64,000 bases of DNA from Minutocellus sp. GHC0000111. Its lineage: Eukaryota. How positions within the stretch are numbered: the first letter of the stretch is position 1; the number at the start of each line of letters is the position of its first letter. The position numbers were made by a program, and so were the translations under genes. The stretch is from NCBI GenBank assembly GCA_977018835.1, contig OZ361259.1, forward strand, positions 3,472,001-3,536,000. Direction: 5' to 3'. The notes beneath the pieces were generated by a model. It saw nothing but the letters and a program-made list of their open reading frames with translations. It ran no database searches and was not told the origin of the DNA. Below are positions 12,023 to 24,725 of this stretch, piece by piece.

Positions 12023-14316
12023 CTATAGAGGCGACGGATCATCCTCAATATCTTCAACCATCAACGCCCTGGAGAAAAGGTCGGAACTTTCACGCAAAGC
12101 TTCCAGCATAACCTTCTTGTTCCAGAACTCGATGTTTTTCCACCTATCCGCACTAGTATTTTCATCCTTGGGCACTTTCAAATGGCTTTCGCTGGCATTT
12201 TTCACCATGGTGGTCAAATACTTACAGACCAAAGCGATCTTGGAGTGCTAGAGGGAATCTTTGAAGATGCAACATTGTCCAAATATCATCGGAAAGAGAC
12301 TCTTCTGAATTGTGGTCAACGAGCAGCGCAAAACAAGAGTAAGTACATCTTCTTTGAATCCGACAAGCTCCTCCAATCGGATCTTGATGCAGTCGCTAAG
12401 AAAGACGCCGGAGAAGAGGGTGAGAAAATCTTTCAGCTTTTGCGAAGTCAATTTCACAGAAGCGTTCACGGCAGTAGTAGCATCATTGCCTTCTTTTGCA
12501 TCTTCACCCTCGAGTCCATCACTCGCGCCCTCATCTTCGCCACTGCCTTTGTCGTTCGTACCTTCGACTGAGTCATCAGAGGCGATCGGAACAGGGACGT
12601 CGGTTGAAGCATTGTAGAACTTGCTCAAATTCTTCGACGATGGGGATTTGAGATCATCGATGATTTTCTTGAAGACGTTGAAGGCCCCGTCGTCACCTCT
12701 TGTTGGGACGCTCTTTTTCAGATCAGGAGCAATAACGTGGCTGCAGATGTAGGATACTGTCGTGCTGTCGTTCGCTTCGGTCGTTTTGTCTTTGACGAAT
12801 GCCTCGACTACCGACTTCGTCTTGGGAGAGAGGTCTCCAACAGTGATGCTGTCCAGACCGGTGAGGACCATGTCAAAAGCGACGGTATGCCCGACCAATT
12901 GGGCTGCGTTCTTGGGCTTCAGCATACTGTTCATGCGATGGTTCTTCTTGGTGTCAGTCGTCTCTTTTTTCCAGTGTCGAGCGCCGACAGCCTCCTCTCC
13001 TGCATTCAACATTGCATTGTACCGATTCTCGGCCGCCGTCAGTTCGTTCGCTTGTTCGCTCTCGCCTTCCTTCTTCGCTTGGGCGCCAACCTTTTCACTG
13101 GCTAAAATAATGGCCAAACGGCTCATCCCCTTCACATATTGCAGCCCCTTCAATTCGTCCTTGACACTGGCGACTTCTTTTTTCGCCTTCGCTTTCTTGG
13201 CGAGGAGTCTGGTCTGGAGGTAGTCTTCTTGGCCAAGGAACAACTCATACAAATCCGATGAGATCTTGGGCACGTCAGAGTAATCACGGCGTTTGAGAAT
13301 CGCGCGGCGGAGTCGGGCCACACCAGCAGCGAGCCAGGGGGCACTGACGAATCGAAAGACGGGACGATTGGATTGGTAGGGACCACCGGCTTCGTCACAG
13401 AGCTGAAGGAAGCTGTCTCTGGCCAACTTAATTTGATCGATTTGAGCAGAGTCGGGGTATTGCTCGAGGTATTTGTCCCCATGTTTGGCGGCACCGGTCT
13501 TGAGTCTACCGAGAGTATCGTGAAAAATTCGAAATTGTTTCACTAGTTCCGGCGTATCGTATCCAAGCCGCTCAAGTAGATCATCGATCCGGGCGCTATT
13601 GGCGGGAGCTGAGGGGGTAGGAGGACGGCTCTTCTCTTCCTCTTCTTCTTCCTCCTCTCCAACCTGCTTTCGACTGTGGAGGTTGGCCGACGCGAACCTT
13701 TTCCGCGGTGTGACCCACCATCTCGATGATATTTTGGTGCCCGCATAGTGTTCGTAGATTGTCAATCTCTCGCTTCGCCTTTTCCCAATCGGCGGGTGAA
13801 ACGAAGCTCTGTTTGACGGCGACCAGCGATCCGCTGGCTTCCTCTTGGGCGAGCATTACCGCACCTTGACCGCCATGCCCAAGTGCAATGGTGAAGGAAC
13901 AAGAGTCGGAGGGGCTGTCCGCTTCGAGCTTGTAAACTCTCTTGTGGCCCCTTTCAAGAGTCACCTTTCCACCTTCTCTATTGACCAACACCGGAACCAG
14001 TCCCAGATCGAAACTGACGCTCTGCGATGACATTGCGTTACTGGTTGGAGACTCGTTGGCGACTTGAAGTTCTGTGTCGTCCAAGCCTGGTAACAAAAGT
14101 TGAAAAAGAAGATGAATGAGATATGGCGACAAGTTGTGAGGAAGGAAGGATGGAATCGAGTGGTGGGAAAATATGAGCATGCATGATAAATGGCCACATT
14201 TGCCGCCGTCCATCACTACCATTGCCACGGCGGCCACCACCAATATCATCATCATCTCCGCCACCTCCGCCATTGGTTTGGTCGGAACTGACCAAACCAA
14301 TGGCTGAGTGAGTCAT
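12023..14316 (-). pseudogene. Uncharacterised family member B preceded by a protein-kinase N-lobe fragment
   Basis: 13895-13710 encodes LGHGGQGAVMLA...VAVKQ...REIDNLRTLCGHQNIIEM (kinase subdomains I-IV) with no C-lobe. A frameshift leads into the 505-aa ORF. After an in-frame TAG at 12248-12250 the frame continues HSKIALVCKY...FWNKKVMLEAL, matching member A. Confidence 0.65.
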
Positions 14317-16583
14317 AATCGAACACAATCATGTGTGCTACTAGCACACGATGACAAAGATGTATGATATCATTCATTCATCGGCACTATATCATTAGTC
14401 ACCGCCATAAGTACTAGCTAGTATGTCGTTGCCGTCACTACCACTGCAATCTTCCGACTTCTGACCTACGGGCCATACGGACGGGACCAGAGGCTGAGGG
14501 CCACCGCCACGACCGGCTGGACTTGGAACCGCCATGACCGCTGCCGTCTCCACACCCACCCCCGGCCAACGCCCGGCCAACGCCCGGCCGTCCATCCTGA
14601 TGCAAAATACCGACCTATGACGTACCGGTACCGATAAAAATTGGACGAAAAAGGAAACAATACAAGGGGGAACGTACCTCCTCCGATAAGTGTCGGCCGT
14701 CGGGGAATATTTTGTTTATCGAATGACCGCGCTTCGTCTGTGGTTTGTAGGCCAGACCGTGGTGTGCGGGGCAAAGTCGCCTGCCGCAACGTCCTTGATA
14801 AACAGTGATATGTACCGACGGACCGGAGTGGGCGCGAATGATGGGGTAATTCGGCACCTCCGGCGGTGGAACTTAACTTGTGGAGCTGGAGCTGGAGCTC
14901 TGCCTGCCTGCCGCTCGGCTGCGCTGGCCTCGTCGTTCCGATATTGGACTCGATCGACTCAATGAAGCGCAGTCCTTCTTCTTGAATTCTCCGCCATCCA
15001 AATCGACCGATGATGTCCCAAGCGTTGCTCTCGCATGGCCGGCCACCGGTCTCGCTACCCCTATCCACGCACCTATCAGTACATGTCGCCCTACCCATGG
15101 CATGGCCCTCTCCGCCTCGATACATGCTGCAGTCCGTGGATGTCCACTCCCGTTCGCGTCGTCCGACCACTACTGCGGGCGATCGATGCCAAAGAGTTGC
15201 AAACGAAGACGTCATGATGTATATGTAGGTCCACCGCCGTAATGTTGCCAAAGCCCCATTATTCAAATGCAGTCCTCGTCGGGATAGGCGGGCGAAGATA
15301 GATAGATAATTCGACCGGCGGTAGTAGTCAGCGCATGTGTGATGTGTGCATGTGCACACTCTCTCTGCATTTCTCTCAGCACATGCATGGAAGAGACGAG
15401 CGGCCGCCGCTGCTGACGATAATGACAGAGGCGCCCATCGTGTGTAGCGCCCGTCGTCATCGCATCACTGATCAACAATACGAGGAAAGGCAATGATGGG
15501 CTGCTGGACATAGTTGGGGACGAATGGGCGGCAAATCAATGTCGTGCGGACCAAGGAGTGATGAGATGTGCTGCATGTTCCATGCATGTGTGACAACGCA
15601 ATGGTGTGGGTGCGGTCCCATGGCAGATCGCCGCGAGAAGGACATCACATCGATCCAAGCTGTCAATTGTCAAGTAACTTGCTCGGCATGGGGTTGGGCC
15701 GGGACAGACGGATGACACACGGAGATCAAGGAAATGGAAGCCTGCATGCCACGTAGGAGGAGGAAGAACACCGTGGGCAGAGATGGCGGCGACGAGCGAC
15801 ACAATGGTCTTGCTGTTGATAACAATGATGGAACGACGATGGTGAATATATATGGCCGAAAGACCAAACGAAGCCAAAGGCGGCATTGGTCCTACCCGCA
15901 CATGATCCTTGAGCCAGCCGGAGGTGGGATGCCATTCAACAAGGATGTTCCCAACGACCGAAGCATTTGTGTTTGTGCATGATCGGAACGCCCCACGAGC
16001 ACGGGGAATTCCACTGCAATATCGGAGAAGAAAATTGCACTTTTTGACTCTTTGGCGAGCAGTGGTGACGGCTTGGCCAAGAATGAGATGGCGCCTCTCC
16101 CCACCATAGCTAGCCACACCGCATACGAAGGCGCTGTAATGAGCACCTATTCTCGTGCTTGAGGAGACCAATTGCCCATGGTGAGATGGCGGAAGATTCT
16201 TTGTCAAGGTTTTCTTTTCTTCATGCACGATGATTTGTTCGTCAAAACGATGCTCCACGCGTGGCTCCACGGTCGCCACACTCCTTTCATATTTATTTGC
16301 ATTCTCATCGCTTTTTTCGGCTCTTTGGCCTCTCGGTCTGTCCGAGATTTCGTGGCGGGTGCGGGAGATTTTCAGCAGTTGACGCAGTCGGACAAGTCTG
16401 CTGGCTGCCTGGAGTGAGAGCGTGAGAGCCACCAGCAAAAATCGCTTCGTGGGCCGACTGTTGCATGTGTAGCTACACGTACTAGCTAGAGTAGTGCATG
16501 TGCAGCTTTCCAAGATGACGATTTCCGTAAAAAGGTTTATGTAGAATTTTAATACATACATGTATTAAAATGTTTTGTATGCA

Positions 16584-18537
16584 TCACTTTCTCTCCATTT
16601 CATAAATCATTTTTGCAAAGTGAGCTCGAGTCACTGCAGCTGTATCTTTCGCTGCCTTGAGTTTGTCGGCACTAGCCTTTTCGCTTTCGGCAAGCTTCTT
16701 CTCATCTTCTTCTATCTCCCCCTCAATTGCAGCTACTTTCATTCGAGCAGCTTCCAATCGCCTTTTCTTGCTGTTCAATGAATTTATGTTCTGCTCGTGT
16801 CTTTTCTTTTCTTCTTTTTCAACCTTCTTCACCTTCTCTTCTGATTTCATCGTGGCACCTAGACCCTCCTTAAACTTGCTCTTCCACTCTTCAGACACTT
16901 CTGCCTCCCAATCCATCAATGTGTCGTCTTGCGTGCCACGTCGGGCACTGGCTCCCACATATTCTGTAAATTTTGATAAGAGGTAGCTGTCTATCTCAGG
17001 CGACGTATTCTTCTCCGATAACGCGTCGTAAATTTTGTACGTGAGCTTTTCTCGAGACATTTGTTTTCCACCGCTGTACCGTTTGCCTTTGAAGCCATTC
17101 GGAGTGATTGTAAAGAAAATTGTTACACGAGGATCATTGGCTTTCAGATTCTTGGTTGATGGGCCACAATGAGGTTGGCAAGAATCTAGTAACGAGATGG
17201 AATATCTCTTTACCTTTTCTCTCTCCACCTCACTGCGCTCCTCAGCCCAGAAGAGATGGCCGTACTGACGGATCATCTCCAAAGCATCGTCTGACTCGCG
17301 CAGTCGGTGAAACAGCTCTGGAGGAGCACACGCCCACTTTTCCTCCAGATCTTAAATTGTCACAACATCTGGGGCCTTGTCCATCTCCCAATACGTAGTT
17401 CCGGGGTGATTCTCGGTCAGGACCATGGTCCCTAATTTTTCATGCGGCCCTTACGCAGGAGTTTCGTTGTCAAGATGCGTGAATTGCGGTGGCCCCTTTG
17501 GTTTCGTAACAAGGATCTGGACAACTCCAAGTTTGCTGCCCTCGAGCTCCGGGCAGGCTGAAACTACCTGATTGAGAATTAGTTCCTCCAAATTATCGGC
17601 GTCCAACCAAAGACTTTTGTTTTTGCCCTCGTAGGCACGCGATTTTCGAAGCGACGCGTGCAGAGAAGTGTCAGCCTCCTGCACATTGTTCACCGCCGTG
17701 AACATATATCCATTGTTGATTTGGTCCGCTTCGGCTTGCACCGTGCGATATTGATCTAGCACAGCACTGGTAAGGGCACTCAATTTTCCCCTCACAAGAT
17801 CGTCTTCAGGCGGCTCAACAAGAAATGCCTTTCTGCTATTTGCTTTCGCTCGTGACACTGCCCGAGCAGCGTGTTTTCTAGTGGATTCTCTCCTCCTTGG
17901 TGTTAGGTCAGGTTTGAATGTCTCAAGGGCCCCATCGATCTTCGATGCTATCCGTGTAACATTTGATGCGTTTCCATTGTCCAATGACATCGCTTCAGCT
18001 ACAATCTCTCTTTCCACTGCTTCTGGGACAAGTTTCGGCCGACCACGGGTGTGCTTCTTGACGTTGTTCTTTTGATACTTCCCTAGTTTGAAAGAGCTGC
18101 TTCAAATCCTCGTTAGTCTTCACCTTACACTTTCGACGCAAAGACTCCATGATGCGGTTGTATGTTCCCTGACCAACACCAAAAGTTTCCCGAGCGGTGA
18201 CTGCGCTCATGGACCCCTTCAAGACATTGTGGACCATTTCTCTGAGATCCCATGAAGTATATCCTTCTTGCTGAGGAATTTGGGCACCGAGCTTCTTACT
18301 CAAGTGTCGATAGACAAACTTAGATTTTGCCTTCATTTCTTCGAGGTATTTGGGCTCGGTCTCTCTAGCGGCTTTTTGGAGCATAGTCGTGATACCCCTT
18401 ACTTCTTCATTGACCATGTCGATATCCACGCCATTGAAGCGCTGAGACAGTTCGCTATCTGGAACCTCACAGTAATACTTTGCCAAAGTTGCATCTCGCA
18501 AGTCTTCCTGCCGCCAATTTTTTTGCTGGGTTCGCAA
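16584..18537 (-). pseudogene. psq/CENP-B-type HTH repeats fused to a 2OG-Fe(II) dioxygenase-like domain and coiled coil, disrupted
   Basis: HTH-like segments WRQEDLRDA...ELSQRFNGV and YTSWDLREMVHNVLKGSMSAVTARETFGVGQGTY...RGRPKLVPEAVEREIV. These are followed by PPQFTHLD (HxD), QPHCGP (distal His) and RVTIFF (2OG-binding Arg). There is a frameshift near 18070 and in-frame TAAs at 17451-17453 and 17352-17354. Confidence 0.6.
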
Positions 18538-19649
18538 TTGGTCTTCCGTTGATCATCGTTACTGTTGCTGGATATAATCGCCGCGATAATTGCTACATTT
18601 TGAATGGCCAAAGAAGGCACCGGACGGCGGAAGACGGCCGAGACGTTTAGGATTCCTAGGCGGACAGTCGCGGCCGGCGATCCAGCCTGTGCAAAAAGAG
18701 CAGTTACTGATCCGCCATGCCCTTCTCGTGGCCTGGGGAAAAGCTCTCAATGCAAGCATTCTGGTCAGCCCGAGACAATTACAAATTAAAGGAACATTTG
18801 CATACCTGCAAAGGAACCGAACCGCTTTTCATCCCCCCATGCGTTGGGCGCCCAATAGGTGCGCCATGCCAAATTTGGCGGATAGAGAAAACCAAACCAC
18901 TTTTTGTCTGCGCGGCCGCGCGCGGCCTCCAATTTTATCACCCGAAGAGACCCCTCATCTTTGACCTCCATCTTGACACCATTTTTTGCGGCCACCATGG
19001 GGGTTGAAAGCGGCAACGTTGAAGGAGGTACAGCAGCGCCAATGAACTTATCTGTATTTATCACCCATGCCAATTACATCACTAGACGAAATGAATGATC
19101 TGGAAGCCCTCAGCAGTCCGGTGGCTTCTTGAAAAATTACATCTTTGGGGCATGTCAAAAATCTTCTCTGATGACACGCTCCGTTCGAGTCGAGTCGGGG
19201 CGAGATATTGTCATTATCAGGGTCTTGTTGCCATACAAAAGAAGCCCGCGTACGTTCCCTTTGTTGTATTAAGGGTCGTTTCGGTCAGAGGAATGGGGGG
19301 AATAGCCTTTGTTGGTAACTTTTGGCCACTATTTGGTATCAACTTTTGGGCTCTGTTCGTCGAACGAACGACCCTGCGTCTTGGCACGAGAAGGACGGCA
19401 TGCTGTGCAATCTGCTGAGCAAGTGCAGCTGTTATTCTTTGTACTAGGCACATTCATTGATTCATTTGATATTGGATTCAATCTAACAATGTACTGAAGG
19501 AGGAAAGGCGCAGAGCAGAAGGTGAGACCATGAGCAGATGATTGGTACTACACATTACATTCGGGGATTGAATTATTTAAATCGACCTGCAATGTTATAA
19601 TTTATCTATGAAATGAAAAAGAAATGCATTGCATATGTTCTCTTTATTC

Positions 19650-19973
19650 TTATTTGTGTGAGGTATACTCAGCCTTGATCTTTTCTGCTTCATCCATAAG
19701 CTGGACTATGTCGGCCTCCCAATGTTGGCGACCAAGATCATCGCTGATAGCCTGGAAATGTCTCACCCTGTTCTCGGCATGCAGTATCCGTCTGGAGTAG
19801 CTTTCATCCATGGTCTTGGTCTGCTTCCAGCTCTCCTTGTCATTGAGCTGGTTATTGGCCTCCTTCTTTAATTCGATTATCAGGCAATACATGGGAGATT
19901 CACGATTTATGGCCGAGAGGCTATTTCGGATGTATTGGAAATAGTGGTTCATCGAGTTGGCAGGGCTATGCAT
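19650..19973 (-). CDS. Hypothetical protein or gene fragment (107 aa)
   Basis: ATG ORF with helical, charged composition, ending just before an AT-rich tract. No recognisable domain. Confidence 0.3.
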   Translation of the reverse strand: MHSPANSMNHYFQYIRNSLSAINRESPMYCLIIELKKEANNQLNDKESWKQTKTMDESYSRRILHAENRVRHFQAISDDLGRQHWEADIVQLMDEAEKIKAEYTSHK

Positions 19974-20562
19974 GCAGTTGAGCGGCTTCTTGTGGGCCGG
20001 CCTGTCTGTCTACATCACCACTCCTGTCGGCAAATCACCCGGGAGCAGATGGCACCATCCGAGTCCACGCTCAGTCGTAGACTTTTGGAGGCTCTTGGCG
20101 ACCTTTCTGTCTCTACTCGGTCCCATCATCCGATGAAATAGTTTGATAATGCCACTGCGCTATACTCTGATTTATCCGATATACACATATAGTGCACGTG
20201 TTCTTCGAGTACTGCTCCCTAAGCTAAGAAGCTAAGGCCACTCCTTTGCTGACTTTATAAAATTTATAACATACTCTGCTCGAAGAATACGTGCACTACC
20301 ACAACATGTGTTCAAAGAATGCCATTAGTAGAAGTTAGGTGATGGTTGATGCGAAGACCGTATATATTATAAATCAACAAAAGGAGTGCTACATGTATGT
20401 TGTACTCATGATGTGTAAAGGCGGAACTGCTATGCTACTATATTTGGACCTATTCAGCAATAAAGTGAATGGCAAGCATCATGCCGAAAAGAAATCAATG
20501 CCGAGGCACATTTATAGCAGTTCCCAAATAAATATCAAACGACGACAAAAGTAGGCGGCGGG

Positions 20563-22386
20563 TCAAGGGGAAGAAAGAAGACGGAACAATTGGACGGAAA
20601 CGTAAACCGATAAAAAGAAGCATAGCAGGTGCTGCTTCCACGTTGACCATTCCAGAGCTGCGGTAAGATCGGCGATCTCGTTGGCCTGCCTCTCCTTGGT
20701 CTCCCTGTCCTCGAGGACGGTGAGGACCCACTGAAATTTATCCATCCCCTTGATCGTCTTGAAAGGATCGGGAATATCCTTGAGAGCATCGTGCTTCAGG
20801 AGCTGGAGAGGTGTGATGCGTTCGGCCGGATCAAAAGCGAGAAGACCAGTGATGAGCTTGATGGAGGAAGGGGAGTACTTCTTCTTCTTGAGCGCGGCCT
20901 CGACGCTTTCCAGGTTGAAGCCATTGGTCAACTCCGCGCGCTCCTCGTACAGCTCGACGAGACTGTCCATGGGAAGCGACAGGAAGAGAGCGCTCACTCC
21001 GGTGGACCACCAATCTGAAGGACATGGGTTATATTTTCCTCCCGCATGAACCTCCGGAGCCATGGTATAATCCGTTCCGCACGAGGTTCTGGCAGTCGAC
21101 TGACCTGTGGCACAGCCAAAGTCGAACATGAAGTACCACTTGTCCCCGCTGACGAATTCAATAACCCCCAAGTTCTCTGGCTTGAGGTCACGACGGGCTG
21201 TCTCCCTGACATTCAGGTAGCCCAGACAGGCCCCGACGTGGGAAAGGATGGTAAGGACCGTCTCCTCGGGCTGATCGTGTACTTCACCGAGAGGACCGCC
21301 GTTGACGACCTCCATCATCATGATGGTGAAATATTCGTTAACGTGGGTGACTTCAACGTCTGGAAAGAGTGGAAAAGACGACAAGGACTTGGCACTTTCA
21401 ATCTCGTCCTTGGCAAAGGACAGGAGAACGGGAGTGGAAGTATCAAAAACCTTGAATACTACGATCTCTTCCACGCCAAGGTCGTTGACACGTTTGGCGA
21501 GGAAGACTTTGCCGAACGATCCCTCGCCAATCTTTCGAAGGATCTTGACCTTCTCCTTCAGGCCGGCAGTACCTTTGGCACCGGAGAATGCTTGCGTGTA
21601 CTGAAACACCATGTTCTCGGCGACTTGGCGGACAGGAGAGCCCAGGTTCTCAAACGCTTGCTTGCCGGCGGCTGCCAAGATTGTCCCCAAGGCGAGATGA
21701 TACTTCGACACGAGGAAGCTACTTGGGGCGGGCAGGCACTTCTTCTTCTTCTTCTTCCTCCTTGTCGGATCGGGCGTGGCATCCTTGTTGCGGGCATCGA
21801 TGACGCTACGAGTGATGGGGCGGTCGGCGGACACGCCGAGGGCACTTGCGACACCGTCGAGGTTATGGAAGTTGTGATCCTCAAGAGATTTCTCAAGGTT
21901 TTCCCAGAGCGAATCGAACATGGCTACCAGAGTGGGGTGGAAAGCGAAGAGGCACTCACGAACGCAGCCCTGATGGACATGCACAACGGCCAACTGAGCC
22001 AGAAGATTGAGCTTCGCGTTGTCAACCTCGATGACGAATTCACTTCCTGGCTGATGAATATTGTGGTTGAGCTGTCGCTGAAGGAATTGCTGGAAAAACT
22101 CGCGAGGGAAATCCACTGGCTTGCCAGCTGCGAGGCCGGCGGCGGGGCCATTGTGGGTTTTTTCGAGGCCGGTTCCAGGAATTACGATGGGGGATTGCTT
22201 GGTGTTTGCATCTCCGGCTCCGATCTTTCCGCCGTTCACACTCGGCGGGCATTGTGCTGTCATCACGCCTTTCAAAATGCGGAGCATGTCTTCGAACTGA
22301 GCATCGTCATCGTCGGCGGTAGCCTTCTTGTCGATTGCCAAGTCGCCATCACGTAGGGACTTTTCGTCGTCGTTGCGGGAAGACAT
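20563..22386 (-). CDS. Ser/Thr protein kinase with ~280-aa uncharacterised N-terminal domain
   Basis: Motifs IGEGSFGKV, VVFK, DEIE, RRDLKPEN, DFG, CGTDYTMAPE, SDWWSTG and FDPAERIT. Likely start is ATG 22386 (MSSRNDDEK). Confidence 0.88.
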   Translation of the reverse strand: MSSRNDDEKSLRDGDLAIDKKATADDDDAQFEDMLRILKGVMTAQCPPSVNGGKIGAGDANTKQSPIVIPGTGLEKTHNGPAAGLAAGKPVDFPREFFQQFLQRQLNHNIHQPGSEFVIEVDNAKLNLLAQLAVVHVHQGCVRECLFAFHPTLVAMFDSLWENLEKSLEDHNFHNLDGVASALGVSADRPITRSVIDARNKDATPDPTRRKKKKKKCLPAPSSFLVSKYHLALGTILAAAGKQAFENLGSPVRQVAENMVFQYTQAFSGAKGTAGLKEKVKILRKIGEGSFGKVFLAKRVNDLGVEEIVVFKVFDTSTPVLLSFAKDEIESAKSLSSFPLFPDVEVTHVNEYFTIMMMEVVNGGPLGEVHDQPEETVLTILSHVGACLGYLNVRETARRDLKPENLGVIEFVSGDKWYFMFDFGCATGQSTARTSCGTDYTMAPEVHAGGKYNPCPSDWWSTGVSALFLSLPMDSLVELYEERAELTNGFNLESVEAALKKKKYSPSSIKLITGLLAFDPAERITPLQLLKHDALKDIPDPFKTIKGMDKFQWVLTVLEDRETKERQANEIADLTAALEWSTWKQHLLCFFLSVYVSVQLFRLLSSP

Positions 22387-23182
22387 ATTAGAATATCTGC
22401 GCAAAGTTTTTTGTGTTGGAATAATAGAGTGAGAATAATATGCATGTGAGTGAGTTTTGAATTGAATCGTATCAAATGTAAGCGAGGCAGAGCAGAGAGC
22501 GAGGGAGAGAGAGCTGGACTTATGGCAGCTGGGACAAACGATGGCTCCAGAGTGCATTCAACCAGGCAGAACGGACACAACACAACACGACGACACGACG
22601 GCGCACGACGGCATCGGCCAGTGCACAAAGTAGCGACGTTCCGAAGCAATACCGGTACTGGTACATGCAGATCAAACAAATGCCGAACCATCCAAAACAA
22701 AAACGAGCACAGTAATCAATAAAAATCGGCCGCCGACTCGATTCGGCGTATTGCAGTATCGCCCGACGCCGACGCCCCCAGCCCATACGCAGCATCGATC
22801 GAACGATAACAACGACGACGGTGATGGACAAATAAATTATGTGCCGCTTTTTTGTGCCGGCAAATAGGAGACGAGGCAGACAAAACAGGGCAATCAACCC
22901 ATGAACGTACCTGATGGAATTTCGTATGAATTTCGTATGATACACTGCGAGAGCCGCCGACCCCACCGCCATCCTCCGGCCCACCTCCGGCCCACCAAAA
23001 ATGGCGGCAGCCAGGCATTTTCGGCGGGGGCCGGCGGCATTTTTGGCACATTTTTGTCTCGGCCGGCAATCGCTACACTTTGAGTCGGACGAGTCGATAA
23101 TACTATACGCTTCTCGACTGCTAGAGAGCCAATTTTCATGTATTATTCCGCCGATTGGCTGCTGCTGCACAAACCCAACGCC

Positions 23183-24725
23183 ATGGCGGACGCCGCTGGG
23201 ACGAGCAAGTCGGACGACGTGCCGATTGGCGGGGACGGGGATATCCCCGCCGACGAGCGGCAGCGAGAACTCAAGAAGAGCATTTTCACCTCGACGAAAT
23301 GCCTCTGGACCTTTTTCAAAGAGCACGTGCTCAAAGACCAGGACTTCGCTCCGTTCATGAAGGTGCAAGAAACGACGAGCGTCCGCGAGCCTCGCTGGTT
23401 CTGCATCACCGACCGACGTTCCTTCCTGGCCCTCTTCTCCAAAAAGGTTGGGGTGTATGGATCCAAGAACACGAACCAGTCCTTCCATACCATGAAGAAC
23501 AGGCTTTGTTTGTCTGGTCTTTTGTACGACAAAGAAGGTGACCTGTTCACGGTGGTAAGTGTGGTACGTGTCGTTTGTTTTATTTGTTGCATCGTCGGGA
23601 AATTCTCATTGTGAACTCGTCGTGCCGGGCATCTGTGATGTGTGCATGCCTGCCTCCGCTCCTGTGCCGCACGCACATTACTATGCCAAGCCAAAGTACG
23701 CTCTTCTAACAAACAAATCCCCTGACTTCTCCATTGCCGCACTGCCAACCCACACACAACACAAACCCTCCAGCCCGACCCGCCTTCGGCTGCCCCCGGC
23801 GCACACATGCACCCGCCGTACATGTACATGTATCGCCATCCGCTCAACTACAGCAGCAGCAGCAGCAACAACGACAACAAGAGACTCCGTATCGACGCAC
23901 CTTCTGCTTCCACCGCCGCCGGCATCGCCGTCGAGACGCCGACGAACCGCACCTCCGTCTCTGGTGTTGCGGCCGCTGCCGGCACTCATTTGGCCACCGG
24001 TGGTACGAGTAGTTTCGGCAGCGTCCAGGACCAGCAGGACCAAACCCGCCCTTCCGTCGTAACTCCTCCCAACACGTACGAGTTCGACAGTTACGCTGCT
24101 GCCCACGACTACTACCAGCAGCACTACTACCAGCAGTACTACTACCATCCCCATGCGGGCACCTACCCACCTTCCGGCCATGGCGTCGGTGCCAACGACA
24201 CCGTTCCTCTCCGTGGTACCACCCCCGTTCGACGTGGCAGTTTGCAGCAGGGTGCTGCTGCTGCTACGTCTGGTCCTTGGCAGGGATCGGCAGGTGCTGA
24301 TGACGATGCATCGCTCCAGCAGCCTCCTCCTCTTTCTCCTCATTCCTACTACCATCACTATCATCCCTACCACCAGGGCGTTCCTCCTCCCTCCTCCCCT
24401 CAGCCCACGCTGCAGCAGGCCGGCCAGCAGTCGGCGCAGACGATTGGCCAGCCATTGCAGCAGAACGGGCAGTCCATGGACGCGAAGCAGGCGCAGCTCG
24501 AGGCGAGGTTCAACGAACTGCAGGAGCAGCTGCAGGCGCAAAAGGCTCATGCAGGAGGCCGAGACCAAGATGCAGGCTCAGATAGATACTCTGAAAAGCT
24601 CCGACCCCCTCGACCCCTTTGGCTTAGGCTTGTCGGCAGGGACGGCCTGTGACGACCTCGGCGCCGCAACCGACCAGCAGCAGCAGCAGCTCGACCAGCA
24701 TGCCGCCACCAACAATTCGGACTGA
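23183..24725 (+). CDS. Divergent HSF-type DNA-binding-domain transcription factor
   Basis: Exon 23183-23554 (WFCITDRRSFLALFSKK...NQSFHTMKNRLCLSGL), then a phase-0 intron GTAAGT...CAG (23555-23773). Exon 2 has YMYRHP, Y/H/Q/P-rich tracts and a coiled coil. A probable 1-nt slip in the A-run near 24540 moves the stop from 24652 to 24725. Confidence 0.55.

Noticed and set aside
14560..14590. CGCCCGGCCAA x3 repeat as an element terminus
   Set aside because: No matching partner end or TSD found by eye.
15536..16561. 341-aa minus-strand ORF
   Set aside because: No recognisable motif or consistent protein-like composition; cannot be supported as a gene.
21046..22356. 436-aa plus-strand ORF
   Set aside because: Antisense shadow of the GC3-rich kinase gene.
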